From Podarcis gaigeae (Eukaryota): a DNA stretch of 64,000 bases. The DNA is taken from NCBI GenBank assembly GCA_964106915.2, contig OZ066918.1. One strand, 5' to 3'. Positions 24,785-36,708 of the stretch are shown here, piece after piece. A program made the position numbers and the translations under genes. The notes beneath the pieces were generated by a model. That model had not been told where the DNA came from and ran no database searches. It saw only the letters and a program-made list of their open reading frames with translations. Each line of letters starts with the position of its first letter. The stretch's first letter is position 1.

Positions 24785-25423
24785 TCTGAATGCAGTGAAG
24801 CACATATGTAAAATAAAAGAGATGGGGGTGAGGAAACATCGCAGCATTTTCTTACTGTTTCTTGTGCCCAGCATCCCAGAAAAAGACCCTCATTTTACAT
24901 CTTTTGGTATGTGTCTGTTCAACAGCTAATTAGACATTTGGATATATACAAAATGCTCCCAGTGCAAGCAGGATGGTGCATGCTGCTTTGCGTAGTTGCC
25001 ACATCCCTGTTCATTTCTTGGGGCCTCTCCTTCCCTCCCTTCCCATAAATAAGGGGTCTCAATTTCCCAGCCTTGAAAAAGGAAGATGAGGAGCTGCAGC
25101 TGTCTGCTGTATCTGTGTAAAGGTTTTAGTTTGGGGGAAGGAGCGCTGTCTGGTTCTATATGTGTGAAAGGTGTGTGTGCCCACATTTGTATGTGGTGGT
25201 GATGTGTATGTTTTGTTTCCATATTTATATATGCAGTGGACATGCTTGTTTTAATCCAGTGACCCTGAATCACGCCCACCCTTTTTGTATGGGTAACATC
25301 CTGCCGTACCAATTATCATAGTTTAACCATTATAGGAATATTAAAAAGACCATTGTACATAAGATCATGGAGCATAAGGACAGCACTGCTGGACCAGAAT
25401 AATATCCTATGTAGTCCAGCAGA

Positions 25424-25504
25424 CATGGTGCTGCGGGTTGCAGACGCTGCGGGTTGCGAGCGTGCTTCCCGCACGGATAACATTCGCAACCCGAGCATCC
25501 ACTG
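25424..25504. mobile_element. Right-end remnant of a Tigger-like MITE
   Basis: Ends ...aacccgagcatccactg|ta; contains gcgggttg repeats like the 3809 copy. Confidence 0.55.
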
Positions 25505-26489
25505 TACAGTGTGCGAATAAGTATTTTATTTTGTCTGCCCTGAATCTTCCAATGGATAAGTGAAGAACACCATCTGAGCTTTTATCACTGTTGCCATACC
25601 TTGACATGAGCCTGAAAACCCCTACATTTTAACCACTCACATACTGAGTTTGGCAGGGTGCTTAAAAGGGATTAGGTGCAATTTGAAGTGATCTTGAAAG
25701 TAATCTACCCTTTAAGTGACCTCTTATCTCTTTAAGCGCCTACTGTGTTCACAGTCATAGCTGCTAAAAGGGGATTTGTTGAGGATCACTTAAGCATGAT
25801 CAAGGTGATTGTGGTCTTGACAGTTTCAACCTGAGCTAGACGAAATCTTGATGTGGGCAGGTGAGGTGGGTGGGTCTTTGAAACTATTGTTGGTGCATGG
25901 ACTAATGGCTGCAATGCTGCCGTGGTGAAAAGCAGGAATTGGTTTTTAGTTAATTTTATTTCAAGTAAACTCGTTTAGAGTCAGGTGATAAACCTGCTAA
26001 AACAGTGGAGACCTGACATACTATAGTTTAACAAACAGGAACACTAAAATTCTCCTTAACAAACTGGAGCACTAATTTAAGGAGCATTAGGTCTTTCTCT
26101 GAAGATTTATCCTTTATGACATTTGAAAAGGAAATGCTCTGTCATCTATTGTACAGTACAATGAAACCGCTCTCATCGGCCAATGAGGAAATACTGGAAG
26201 TACTGTCAAGCCCATAGGCTCATCAAATGGATTTGTTTTGCTCGTTATCTAAATGCTCACTTGTCAATTACCAGCATGTATTCACTTTGGCCTGATTGTG
26301 CTTTCTTGTACACGTGCATCCTATTACTTATGCAGTGTGTACAGGTGCCTGTGTTTCCATTTTCCCCTTCAAACATATTGGTGGTATTTCTCTTTCCAAA
26401 GAGAAGCCAAAAGGAAACTTGGTTAGGTTTAGATGGTCCGTTTTACCTGCCAGCTCAATCAGCACAACCTCATTGTTAAACTATGGAAT

Positions 26490-26772
26490 TCGCTATATTA
26501 CAAGATGCTGCGATGGCCACCAACACCGATGACTTTAAAAGGGGATTAAAATTAGTCAAGCACCATAACTACTACTCACGATGGCTGTTCTATTTGATGG
26601 CTAGTCCATCTTTCAGGGTATCTGTCAAGATCAGAGGTAGCTTGCTTCTGAATACCAGTCGCTGGTGTTCAGTGATGGAGAGCTGCTGTCACATCCAATT
26701 GGTTACTGTGGGGAAACAGGGTGCTAGACTGGCCTGGCCTTTGATGCAGCAGAGATGCTCTTATATCCTTAA
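26490..26772 (+). mobile_element. CR1 LINE 3' end
   Basis: gatggccaccaac...tttaaaaggggatta...ctgaataccag...gctcttatatcctta matches the squamate CR1 3' UTR pattern. Confidence 0.7.
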
Positions 26773-26801
26773 GAACATGTATGTATGGAAACTTCCGACT
26801 C

Positions 26802-26841
26802 TCTTCTTCTTCTTCTTCTTCTTCCTCCTCCTCCTCTTCTT
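26802..26841. repeat. (CTT)n(CCT)n microsatellite
   Basis: Directly visible. Confidence 0.95.
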
Positions 26842-27703
26842 GTTTTTGCAGTTCTGCACCTAATGCAATACAGTATATTAAAATTCCTGACATTTATACA
26901 TTCTGCCTTTCTCATCCAATAAAATCTGACAAGACCAAAAGTATAAACTGCAGCCAAGTTACAAATGGGAGTGCCTTGAGCAGTGCACTCCTCTGCCCAT
27001 GTGGTGCAGTGGCGCTTTGAGTTTTGCATGCTCTTCCCCTTTGATGCCAATACTACACCCTGAGATTCCATGCCAGTAAAGAATACTGCTAATTCATCAT
27101 AGGGATTTTGAGATTTAAGAAGGCTAAGATTGCACTCATATGAGTCTACGCACAGCTCTTGTATTGCTAGTTGGGCAGCATACTGACTACTTTGTGTGGC
27201 GTGCCATCCTATTAATGTAGATTACTGTTCCTGTCTACAAACAATTGTTCCATATTCCAACTTGGATGTAGGGCAGGCAAATTTATCCACAGCTTTGTGA
27301 GAGCAAAAATATCCCTGGGGCTGGTGGCTGGTAAAGAAATAGAAGAGTTTTACATTCATGCTATGATAAGTTGTATTCTGGATGCTCATTTGCCCAACAT
27401 GGTTTGAGGTTTTCCCCTTTCCCTCCTATCATGTAAGCCCAGACATTTTATTCAGCCGTCAGTGTTTCCCTGCTGGTTCACACACTGATAGGGGTTTGCA
27501 TAGGATGTGAAATCAGCCCATGAGGACATCCCAGCTGGTGGGGAGATAGATGCTTGTCTTCTTAACATGACAGGCTTCCAGGTCATCCTCTGTAATTACC
27601 AGTTTGAAACATATAACTGGAAGCATTTTAAAGCAATGGCTGAGTGTGTACACACTTGCATGCAGTAGGTTTCAGGAAGTAGTGCTGGGTTTATTCAGAT
27701 ATA

Positions 27704-28036
27704 CCGTGTATAACACAACCCCATGTATAAGACGACCCCTATTTTTGGGAGCCCTCAACAGTTGTTGAGCTTCTTTTGTAAGTTTGCTGAGCTGTTAAGC
27801 AGCTTTTCAACGATCCCCTCCTCTGGCTGACGGTACTGGTGCTGTAATACACCGCATACTGGCGCTCACCAAATATTCTTCCTAAGCCAGGAAGAGTGGG
27901 TAAGCAGCCTCCTCTCCGACATGTCTCTGCAGCACCAGCCCTTGCTTACTTAGCATATTAACCCATGTATAAGACGACCCTCAATTTATCCCAAAAGATT
28001 CAGAGAAAAGGTCATCTTATACATGCAAAAATACAG
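27704..28036. mobile_element. Tc2/pogo-like MITE with a damaged left end
   Basis: TA|CCGT ... tcttatacatgcaaaaatacag|TA. Internal direct repeat ccatgtataagacgaccc at 27721 and 27963. Confidence 0.7.
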
Positions 28037-31000
28037 TACTTGCCTCATTTGGAGCATGGTATATGTTTGGATATGCGTGTACATCCTTCTCACACAATTT
28101 GTGCACACCTGTACTTAAAAAAAGAGAGAAAAGGACAGATTGCATGCCAAGATATACATGTCAGGTCTTACATCTGCACATGGGTATGGTGTGTGAACTT
28201 GTTGTACAGCATTAGAAATCCAGCTATATGTGAAATGGTATCGGAGAAAAAAATGGAACCTTTCACATCCCTGCTGCTTTCTTGAGACACCTGCGCATCC
28301 AAAGAGCTAGTATGCTAAAGAAGCTGGCCATCTAATGCTTATGTTAGCCAGAACTATCTTTAAAAGCTTTGCTAGGCTGCTTGCAAAAGAGAACATTCCT
28401 TTAGCAATTCTCTACCCATTCATATGACATATAACTGGTTTAACTGCCTTTTGGGTGAAGACTCCACAAGATTCAAGATTTAGAGGATTAAAATTAGCAT
28501 CCCTACAATTAGGGGGATGTGTTGTATTAAAAAATATATGATTTTTTATAGGTTTATGTTGGAGATTTGACAAGGGTGGGGGAACCTTTTTTCTGGGGGT
28601 TTACATATCAGTGGTGAACGAGGTAAGAGGTAAAAGTGGGAAGAGCAATAGGTGTGACTCTTAACTTTTGCACACCTGTAATGAAGCCCACTGTGTAAAG
28701 TCATAGAGGTTTCTACCCCATCAAGCACACATCCCTCCATCAGGGCAAGCAAAATGTATCATTACAGTTCAAGGATGCGTATTCCAGACACCTCCCCTTG
28801 CAATTTATTTGTTGTGAATTTACACAAAGGCTTTCCGACATCATAGAAGAACCGAGGCTGAGAGGACAAAATGGCCAGAGCTGCCCATGTAGTTCCAAGG
28901 TAGATAAATGATGTCTTCACTACCCTGCGCACTGACTGTAAACCTTGTTGGCTAATGTGTACGTGACAGAAGACCAGACGATAAGAAAATTAGAGAAGGT
29001 GAACAGAGGGAAGCAGCCAACAGGGGAATGACAAGACAGTAGCTGAGAGAAAAGGCTTCTGGAGGCAAAAGTCGCTCGCAGTAAGATAAGCAGATGTCAG
29101 GGAGACGGGAAATAAGAGAAGTTAAATAGTCATAGAAGCCGTGAGATATGCAGTGAGGCAGAGAAGGGAGGATGATGAACAATAATAGTTACAAGCCTTT
29201 TGATAATGCTTCATAAAATGAGTGGGAGAGGTAATATCCCATAGCATAAAGCCATTTAGAAACTCTCCAGGGTAGCGAAGCTCCACAAGGCAACTGGTTT
29301 TAAAAATACAGCTGTATGTATCATAGGCCACAGGGGGATATTTATGTGAAGGCCTGTTGTTAAAACCTTGGCAGCACTTTGCTAGGTGGGGCAGCTCCAT
29401 TTTGTATGATAAATATGGCTCTTTGTTTTGAGAAGCAGGAAGTCATTGGAAAGAGAAATGTACTGCCATATCACATCACATTCTGCATACGAAAGAATGG
29501 CGGGGAGGAATATTTTAACTCCTCCTTTTGGCTTCTTCCAAGATCAAGATGGCCACAACAAAATGGGATTTGTCATTGCGATAAGAAGAGCAAATCAATT
29601 ATCAAATTAATTTCCAGAAATCACGTTTTTATAAGGACTGTCCACACTGTAATGTTCTTGAAGCAGCTTGTTTGTTTGAACCCTTTGTCTTTACTTTACA
29701 GACTTTACATAATCAATGGGAACTTTTTCCTGCGCTGGGCATTTGGTCTCTCTTGAATTCTGCTTGTACCATGTTATTTGATATTTTGTTATTTTCATCA
29801 ATGTAAGCAAGAAGGACTATCTCAGTTCAAGGACACATTCTCATGAGGCAAAGGCACTCAGGGAGGGTGTGTGGCATGGAGAGAGTCCTGAGGGCCAGGT
29901 AGATAGGCTACTAGGCCTGAGAGGCCCCCCTTACTTCAAAGGTTACCATGTATCACTATCTCCAATATCCTTCCTTTGTCTGTTTAGATGTGCAAGTTAC
30001 AATTCCAAGAAAGTGTGCAAAGATGCATACTTTTATTTTGATTACAGAATTCATGATCCTGAAAACATTTGTGTTATTTTTATTTATTTAAAGAAAACGT
30101 TTCTAACCCTTATGACTATTAAAGAAAATTTTGACATTTCTTTGCTCCTTATTGCCATTAGCGGTAATAAATTAGGAGTCTGAGTTGATCTAGTGTATAA
30201 TTCCGAGTTTTGTTTTGTTTTTAGTGAAAGGTACACATAGCTCTGTTAGCAATGGCTAAAAAGAAGCCTCACAAGAACTCTGCTGCAAGGTTTCCTTAAC
30301 TGAAGAGAGTGGATACAGATGGTTCCCTCTTTGCTCCAAGAAAAAGTATGTAGGATGGGAAGGGAGCATTCCCTCCCTCCTCCATATTCATACCTCACCT
30401 AGAAATGTCGGCACTGATTCCTTTGCAGCCAGCGCACGTAGGGGCCATCTTCAGGGAACAGACTGTAATGTATTTAATGAATCTGAGGAAAGTAAGAAAT
30501 TGTAAATGCTGCAGGGCAACACACACTTGCTATTCAATCTGCCAGATTTGTGCCAATTAAGACAACTTGCAGCTGTTTGGCTCCTCCTTATTAGGAGACA
30601 TTTGTATCAGGTACCAGGTTAAGCATTTATTTTCTCTGACATGTTGAAAACGCTTTGGTGATACCTAGTCACTTTGTAAGCAAAGACTGAAACAGTGATA
30701 TTTACTGGATGCATGCAGTAAGGAGCAAGTTTGTTCTTTTGTAATAATAATAATAATAATAATACACTGCCTTTGACAGTTTTTTGAGAGGTGTCTGTGT
30801 TCAGGGAGATTGTTTGTATTTAAAAGGTTTGCAGTAGAGGTCCTACAGAGACACATTTGCATACAATGTGCAAATGTTAATTTATATGTACAGGGACAAA
30901 TAAAGACTAATTTCCTATTCAAATCACCCTGGATAAACCCTTTTGCACCCAACTTGCACCCCAATTCAGTTTCCACCCTGATTTATTTACCTCAATTAAT

Positions 31001-31045
31001 TTCCCAACAGTTCCTGCTCCGAAATAGTTCAGTTCCCATTCCTTA

Positions 31046-31392
31046 AAAAGGTAAACGTACCTCTGCCCGTACAGGCCAGTCGTGTCCAACTCTAGGGTTG
31101 TGCGCCCATCTCACTTAAGAGGCCGGGGGCACTTCCGGGTCACGTGACCAGCGTGACGAAGCTGCTCTGGCGAGTCAGCACCAGCGCAGCACACAGAAAC
31201 GCCGTTTACCTTCCCGCTATAAAGTGGTACCTATTTATCTACTTGCACTTAAGGGTGCTTTCGAACTGCTAGGTGGGCAGGAGCTGGGACCGAAAGACGG
31301 GAGCTCACCCTGCCGCGGGGATTCGAACCGCCGACCATACGATCGGCAAGTCCTAGGCACTGAGGTTTTACCCACAGCACCACCTGCGTCCC
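31046..31392 (-). mobile_element. Sauria SINE (different subfamily, small internal deletion)
   Basis: Reverse complement begins gggacgcaggtggtgctgtgg; B box gttcgaatcc. TSD TTCCCATTCCTTA at 31033-31045 and 31395-31407. Confidence 0.93.
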
Positions 31393-32046
31393 ACTTCCCA
31401 TTCCTTACTCACAGTCAAATCCAGATAAAGTAATCTTTTCCCTCAAATTAATATCCTGCCTATTACTAAGGCCCACCCTCCAAATCAGTTTTCCCCAGAT
31501 GAACTACGTAGCCAAAAACACTAAAATACCACTCCCAGCAAAACCCCAGTCTGTGTGCAGAGGAAATACTGTACAGGGTTGTATCCAACCAAGTTATGCT
31601 ATTACTGTAACTCAAGGTCTTCTGCCTATGCACCCTCCATCTGATCTGGATATTTGGGGACAATCCCCAGAACAGATTTGGAAAAGGAGTGGGGTGGGGG
31701 GAAAGGGAGAGGAAGTCCCATTATATGCAGGCAGAAGCCATTGATCTAATGGGATGACTTCACTGGGTACAACCCACAGTAATTTGGCTTCCATTGATTA
31801 ATTATGGGTTGAAATTCAAATGAACTGAAGCATGACTAAGGCTGCAGTCCTAAATACACTTACAAGGAAGTAAGTCCCATTGAAACTGTCCCAAGTTAAA
31901 CAAGCATAATTTTGCCCTGTAAGTGTTATTATATATGGTGTGTTTCTTCTCATCTTGAATGTGATACTGTTTGGCATAGAGGCTGTCATAACTTGAGACA
32001 TGCCTGCAGCTGCTTGTTTCCACATGTCAGAGCCAAAATGGGTGTA

Positions 32047-32263
32047 CAGTCATACCTTGTGTCACGTTTGCTTCACGTTGCGGCTTCTCAGGTTATGAAC
32101 ATGGCAAACCCAGAAGTGTTTACTTCCGGGTTTGCTGTGCGTGTACGTGCAGAAGCGATCTGTGCGCTTCACGCACGTGCAGTAGCAATGCTCTACTTAT
32201 GGACGTTTCAGGGTGCAAACGTCACCCTGCAACGGATCGCGTTCGTAAGTAGAGGTACCACTG
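32047..32263. mobile_element. Tigger/pogo-like MITE
   Basis: TA|CAGTCATACCT...AGGTACCACTG|TA. Shares ttacttccgggttt with the 3809 copy. Confidence 0.85.
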
Positions 32264-34948
32264 TACACTGAAACACATGTGGGCTGTACAGTTTTCACCA
32301 TTCACACAGTCTCTGGTAACAAAAGAAATGTGAGGCAACTTTAAGTGCCGCATTGCAGTATTCAGATTTTTAGTGTTGGGATACAGTTACCCTTTTCAAC
32401 TTTGTACTGGATTGTAATGAATACATGGTTCACTGTGGCCATAAGTGGGAACAAGTAAAGTGTAAATTCAGGCTAATCCTAGGATGTCTGTTTGTGCCAC
32501 TTCCATCATGTTTTGACAAAACGACTTTATTGTCATGTGCTCACTGTAGAAGGTACATATGAGAATAAATAATCACATAGGGCTGGTAATAACTTTAATT
32601 TATTTAGTCATCGGTATTAATAAAGTTGTCCTTATTTACAACGATAATTTTGAAATGCCTGGATTGGTCTGACTGAGAACCAGTTTTAACAGCAGTCCTT
32701 AATACCTCTGCTCTTGCCAAAATCTCTTTCCATAGCCAGCTAATCAGAACTCCAGAGATATTTTGTGCCTTCTGTAAATGTGTGGGTGCAATTACTCAGA
32801 GAAGGCAGAATGCTGCTTGCTATTTATAACTTTCATTTTACCTTTTATCTCTCCTTGCACACACACTCCCTAGCGCTATTCAGATTCCCTCCATAATGAT
32901 GGCTGATTCCTGACTCCCCCCCCCTTTTTTTTAAATCTACCGGGTGAGTGGGAGGTCATAATTTAACTGTGTTGTTGTATGTGGCAATGCTTTTCTCTTG
33001 TCACACATACTTGAAACAACATAGCAAGAGGCACAATTAGTGCTTTTTAGCACATGGGCCAAACTTCAGTGAGCTGCTCCTGTTCAAAAAGGAACGTAAA
33101 GAGATAGATAGGCAAGGAAAGCCAACCCTGGCAATATCCAAGAATTCCATGTAAGGCAGTGACTGAGCCTGCTGCTGGATATTCTGGGATAAAGGACCAA
33201 TTCTGCACTCTCTCCATCACTCAGTAATAGCTTCCCAGTGCACTCAAGCAGGCTCCAATCTATAGTGATGGCGCTTATTGTTGTAGAAGAGAAAATACGA
33301 TGGCAAAATCTGGGTGGACTCTTGAATACCATGGCTGGAAGGGAATGGAAGGAGCCTCCTTGGGTTTCAATATATATTGGTCCGTAGCATAGCAGGAGCA
33401 TCTGCCAAAGTTTCAGGCCAAGAAGGCCCATGAAATAACTTCCTTGCTTGCATAGAATGTCACAGTCTCTCTTTATAGTTGCTGGTGTTGATCTAGCAGA
33501 AGTAGTTCAAATGTCACTAAGATTGGAGCCTAAGTTGGGAGGGAGAGGGAAATAAATGGTACTTCAGGAGAATGTCCTTGCTGCAGTATGGGTAGTCTTG
33601 TAAGGTCCAGACATTTATTCTCTGCCTGCACCCCCCCCCCCCGCGCCCCTAGTATTGTCTCTGTTTTGAAAAATAATGGAGGGCTTGTTTTTGATCCCTT
33701 TTTTAGCTCTCACATTTCTGCAGGAAGGCCCCACTTGACTGAAAAAGATGAAATGTTATCACTAGAAAAGATGGCACATGGTTGCATACAATCTGCATCT
33801 GCTATTTTATACATTTAGATGCCAATTTAGAAATTGCTATAATTGAAATAGAAATACAGGGTATCTCACCAGAGTCCATGAAGATTGAACTGGTGATTTC
33901 TGTGCCTTTCCAATCCAGGTTCTAACTGATGGTTGGCAGTATCCTGGCCCCTGCTCTCTTTTCTTAGGGTTCTTTTTATTTAACAAACCAAACATGGTCC
34001 AGACAGTTCTCCAGATAGAAGACACATCAAATAGAGAACCATCTTCTGTAGAACAGGACCCATGCACTCCCTTCATTTCTGCCTGTTTGATTGATTATAT
34101 TTAAACTCCACTCTCTACTCCTATCCATTCTACATAGTTAGAAGCACTCTGTCCTTCTAACCATCCTTGTTAGGCAGGGTAAGCTCTGAGGTAATAACTG
34201 GACTAATGAGTGTCACGGCTGAGAATGGATATAAATCTGCACCCCCCTGTTACCAGTCTGATGCTACACTGCACTGACTCTCACAGGCTTTGTATTTATA
34301 GGCATATGTGACAGTATAATATTCATGCATATGAGTTACAGTATACAAGTATGCACTGACAAATGAATACTCTTTGGATACTGTTCCTGCCCTTGGTTTC
34401 CAGTGGCAATTATTCTATACACTCTGAAGACTGGATATTTAATAGATTTGCTCACATGTTCTGGAGCCTGTGCATCTTACATTAGCACCAACCTGCTCCC
34501 TTCAGCAGCCAGACCTTTTCAGCTTTCCTGCCTTCCTGGGATTTGTAGTCGAGGACACGGTTCTGTCTTTCAGAAGACAAGCCCTAGAGTTCTACATGTG
34601 TTTCAGTCTTTTCAATGGAGGCCTCTTCTAGCTCACTGTTCAGAATGTTGCTTGCTCTGTTTTAACGCTATCTCTGATTGGCTGTGGCAAATTTCACAAC
34701 AGGAGATCTATAGATATGTAAATAAAAAGGAAGTAATTTTGCATAAAAACCCTTAGGCATGATGTACAATTTAGGTTGTAATCCTAGACATATCTACTGA
34801 GAAGCTATTCTTGTAGACTTAAATGATATACCCCAGGAAAGTGTACAGTATTCAGGATTGCAACTTTAGCCTCAGTATCCCCCTGAAACTAATGGACTTT
34901 TGTAGCCCAGGTTAGGGCCTTGGTAAAGTGTATTTATTGTGTGTACAC

Positions 34949-34950
<2 letters not shown>

Positions 34951-34978
<28 letters not shown>
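34951..34978. repeat. (AC)n microsatellite
   Basis: Directly visible. Confidence 0.95.
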
Positions 34979-34979
<1 letters not shown>

Positions 34980-35607
34980 ACACAGAGGTCCTTGTTAATG
35001 TGTGTCCTCCCGCTTTTTTGTAAAGTAATTAGACATGCATCCCACAATGGGGCAAAGGGTCTCCAAAGAAGAGAGAGAAGAAACAAAATGAAAGGTGTAT
35101 GGAGAAGATTGGGATAATTAGGAAGAGCTCTGCAAGTTTTTGCTACTTTTAAAGAACGGATTGTACATGTGCTCAAGCACTGGAGTACACAGCCAGTGAT
35201 ATATTAAAAAATGCAGGCATAGATAAGGAGTGTTGCATCACTAAGGGTGGTGAAATATACACAACAGCTGGGTAACGAAAGTACTCTATTGTGCTGAAAA
35301 CTGATCATGAGCAAAAGCCCATGAGCAATGTGTCACTCTCATCCACATAATAAAATCCAGAGGAAGTTGGGAGTCTTCTCTGCTACTCTGCAAGTCTGAG
35401 GAACAGCAGAAAAAGCAGCTGCTCTGTGCTAGTGCGTATAAATATCTCATGACTGGCCAGTTAGGACTTGTTTTACTACAAAGCTGTTAGAACGGATCAT
35501 TATTGCAATCTAGAGTCTTGAGGAAGTCTCCCTAAACCTTTGCTACCTTAGTGACTTGGAGGGTCCTGTGTTCTTAAAACTAGTTCTCCTCAGACTGAAT
35601 GCATTAC

Positions 35608-35669
35608 AAGAAGAAGAAGAAGAAGAAGAAGAAGAAGAAGAAGAAGAAGAAGAAGAAGAAGAAGAAGAA
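35608..35669. repeat. (AAG)n microsatellite
   Basis: Directly visible, about 20 units. Confidence 0.98.
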
Positions 35670-36662
35670 ATCAGTTGTCAACCATATTCATTGATCTGAA
35701 ACCTATCCATTCCAGAAGGCAGTGTGTAGAATTCCCTAACCGCCCCACCCCCTCACCCAATGGTATAGTTGATGTTATTGCTTTTTTCCCTTGGTTACTA
35801 GATTTGTTATTTTCCCCCTTCTTCTGTTTCCTCATATCTTTATTTGTAGCGTTGGAGGACTGAAATTGATGACCTCTGTGCCCGAGTGGAGGGGAAATAT
35901 TGCTTCTTTAGCAGCCTACTTAGTGCTAGCTGCCAAAAGATTAATTTAGCCTGGAGAAGTGTCCTTGAAAAAGCAGCCATTTGAGTTAGAAGGCAGGCAA
36001 CTTGCTCATCTCTCAGGGTCCTGCCAGATACCTGTTGTGCATTGGAGTGCTGCTCTTAATTTCAGTATCTGCCTGCACACACACAGGTAGAGAGACCATT
36101 TGGAGCTTATTAGTTTATGCTACCCTAACAGTCTGCAGTAGATGCAATAAGAGAACCAGCAGCTTGCAGTGCAGTAGCTATTGTGGTACCCTCCCCTTTC
36201 CAGGACTCCATTCCCTCCACCCTTATTTTCACAAGTAGTATTGTGCAGTACAAGACCGTGAGAATGGATGAGTTATTTGAAAGCGCTTGGACAATTCAAG
36301 GATGCTATGTAGACCACCCTGAGGCTGATCGTATAAGATGGCATCCCTTGACCAACAATCAAAGAGTGAGGTCTGCTTTAGGAAATTGTTGCGTCATTTG
36401 ACTATTTAATTAATGAAACTAATGTAGTTCAAGGAAAAAATGTATTTGCTTTTTAAAGATGCATTCAGACACTCCAGTTTGCATTGAATCACAATTCATA
36501 TTGGGTTCATTTAATTGTTCTGCTTTATTTCTGATAAAATACGCAGCTGAATTGATGTGGGATCACTTCCATGTTACTGAATAGTTGTATGTGCCTATAG
36601 AAAGGGACTCGCCTCTTACGTGATAGCATAGGAGATAAAAGTGGCTGCTGCTATCCATGGAA

Positions 36663-36667
<5 letters not shown>

Positions 36668-36703
<36 letters not shown>
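36668..36703. repeat. (TG)n microsatellite
   Basis: Directly visible. Confidence 0.97.
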
Positions 36704-36708
<5 letters not shown>

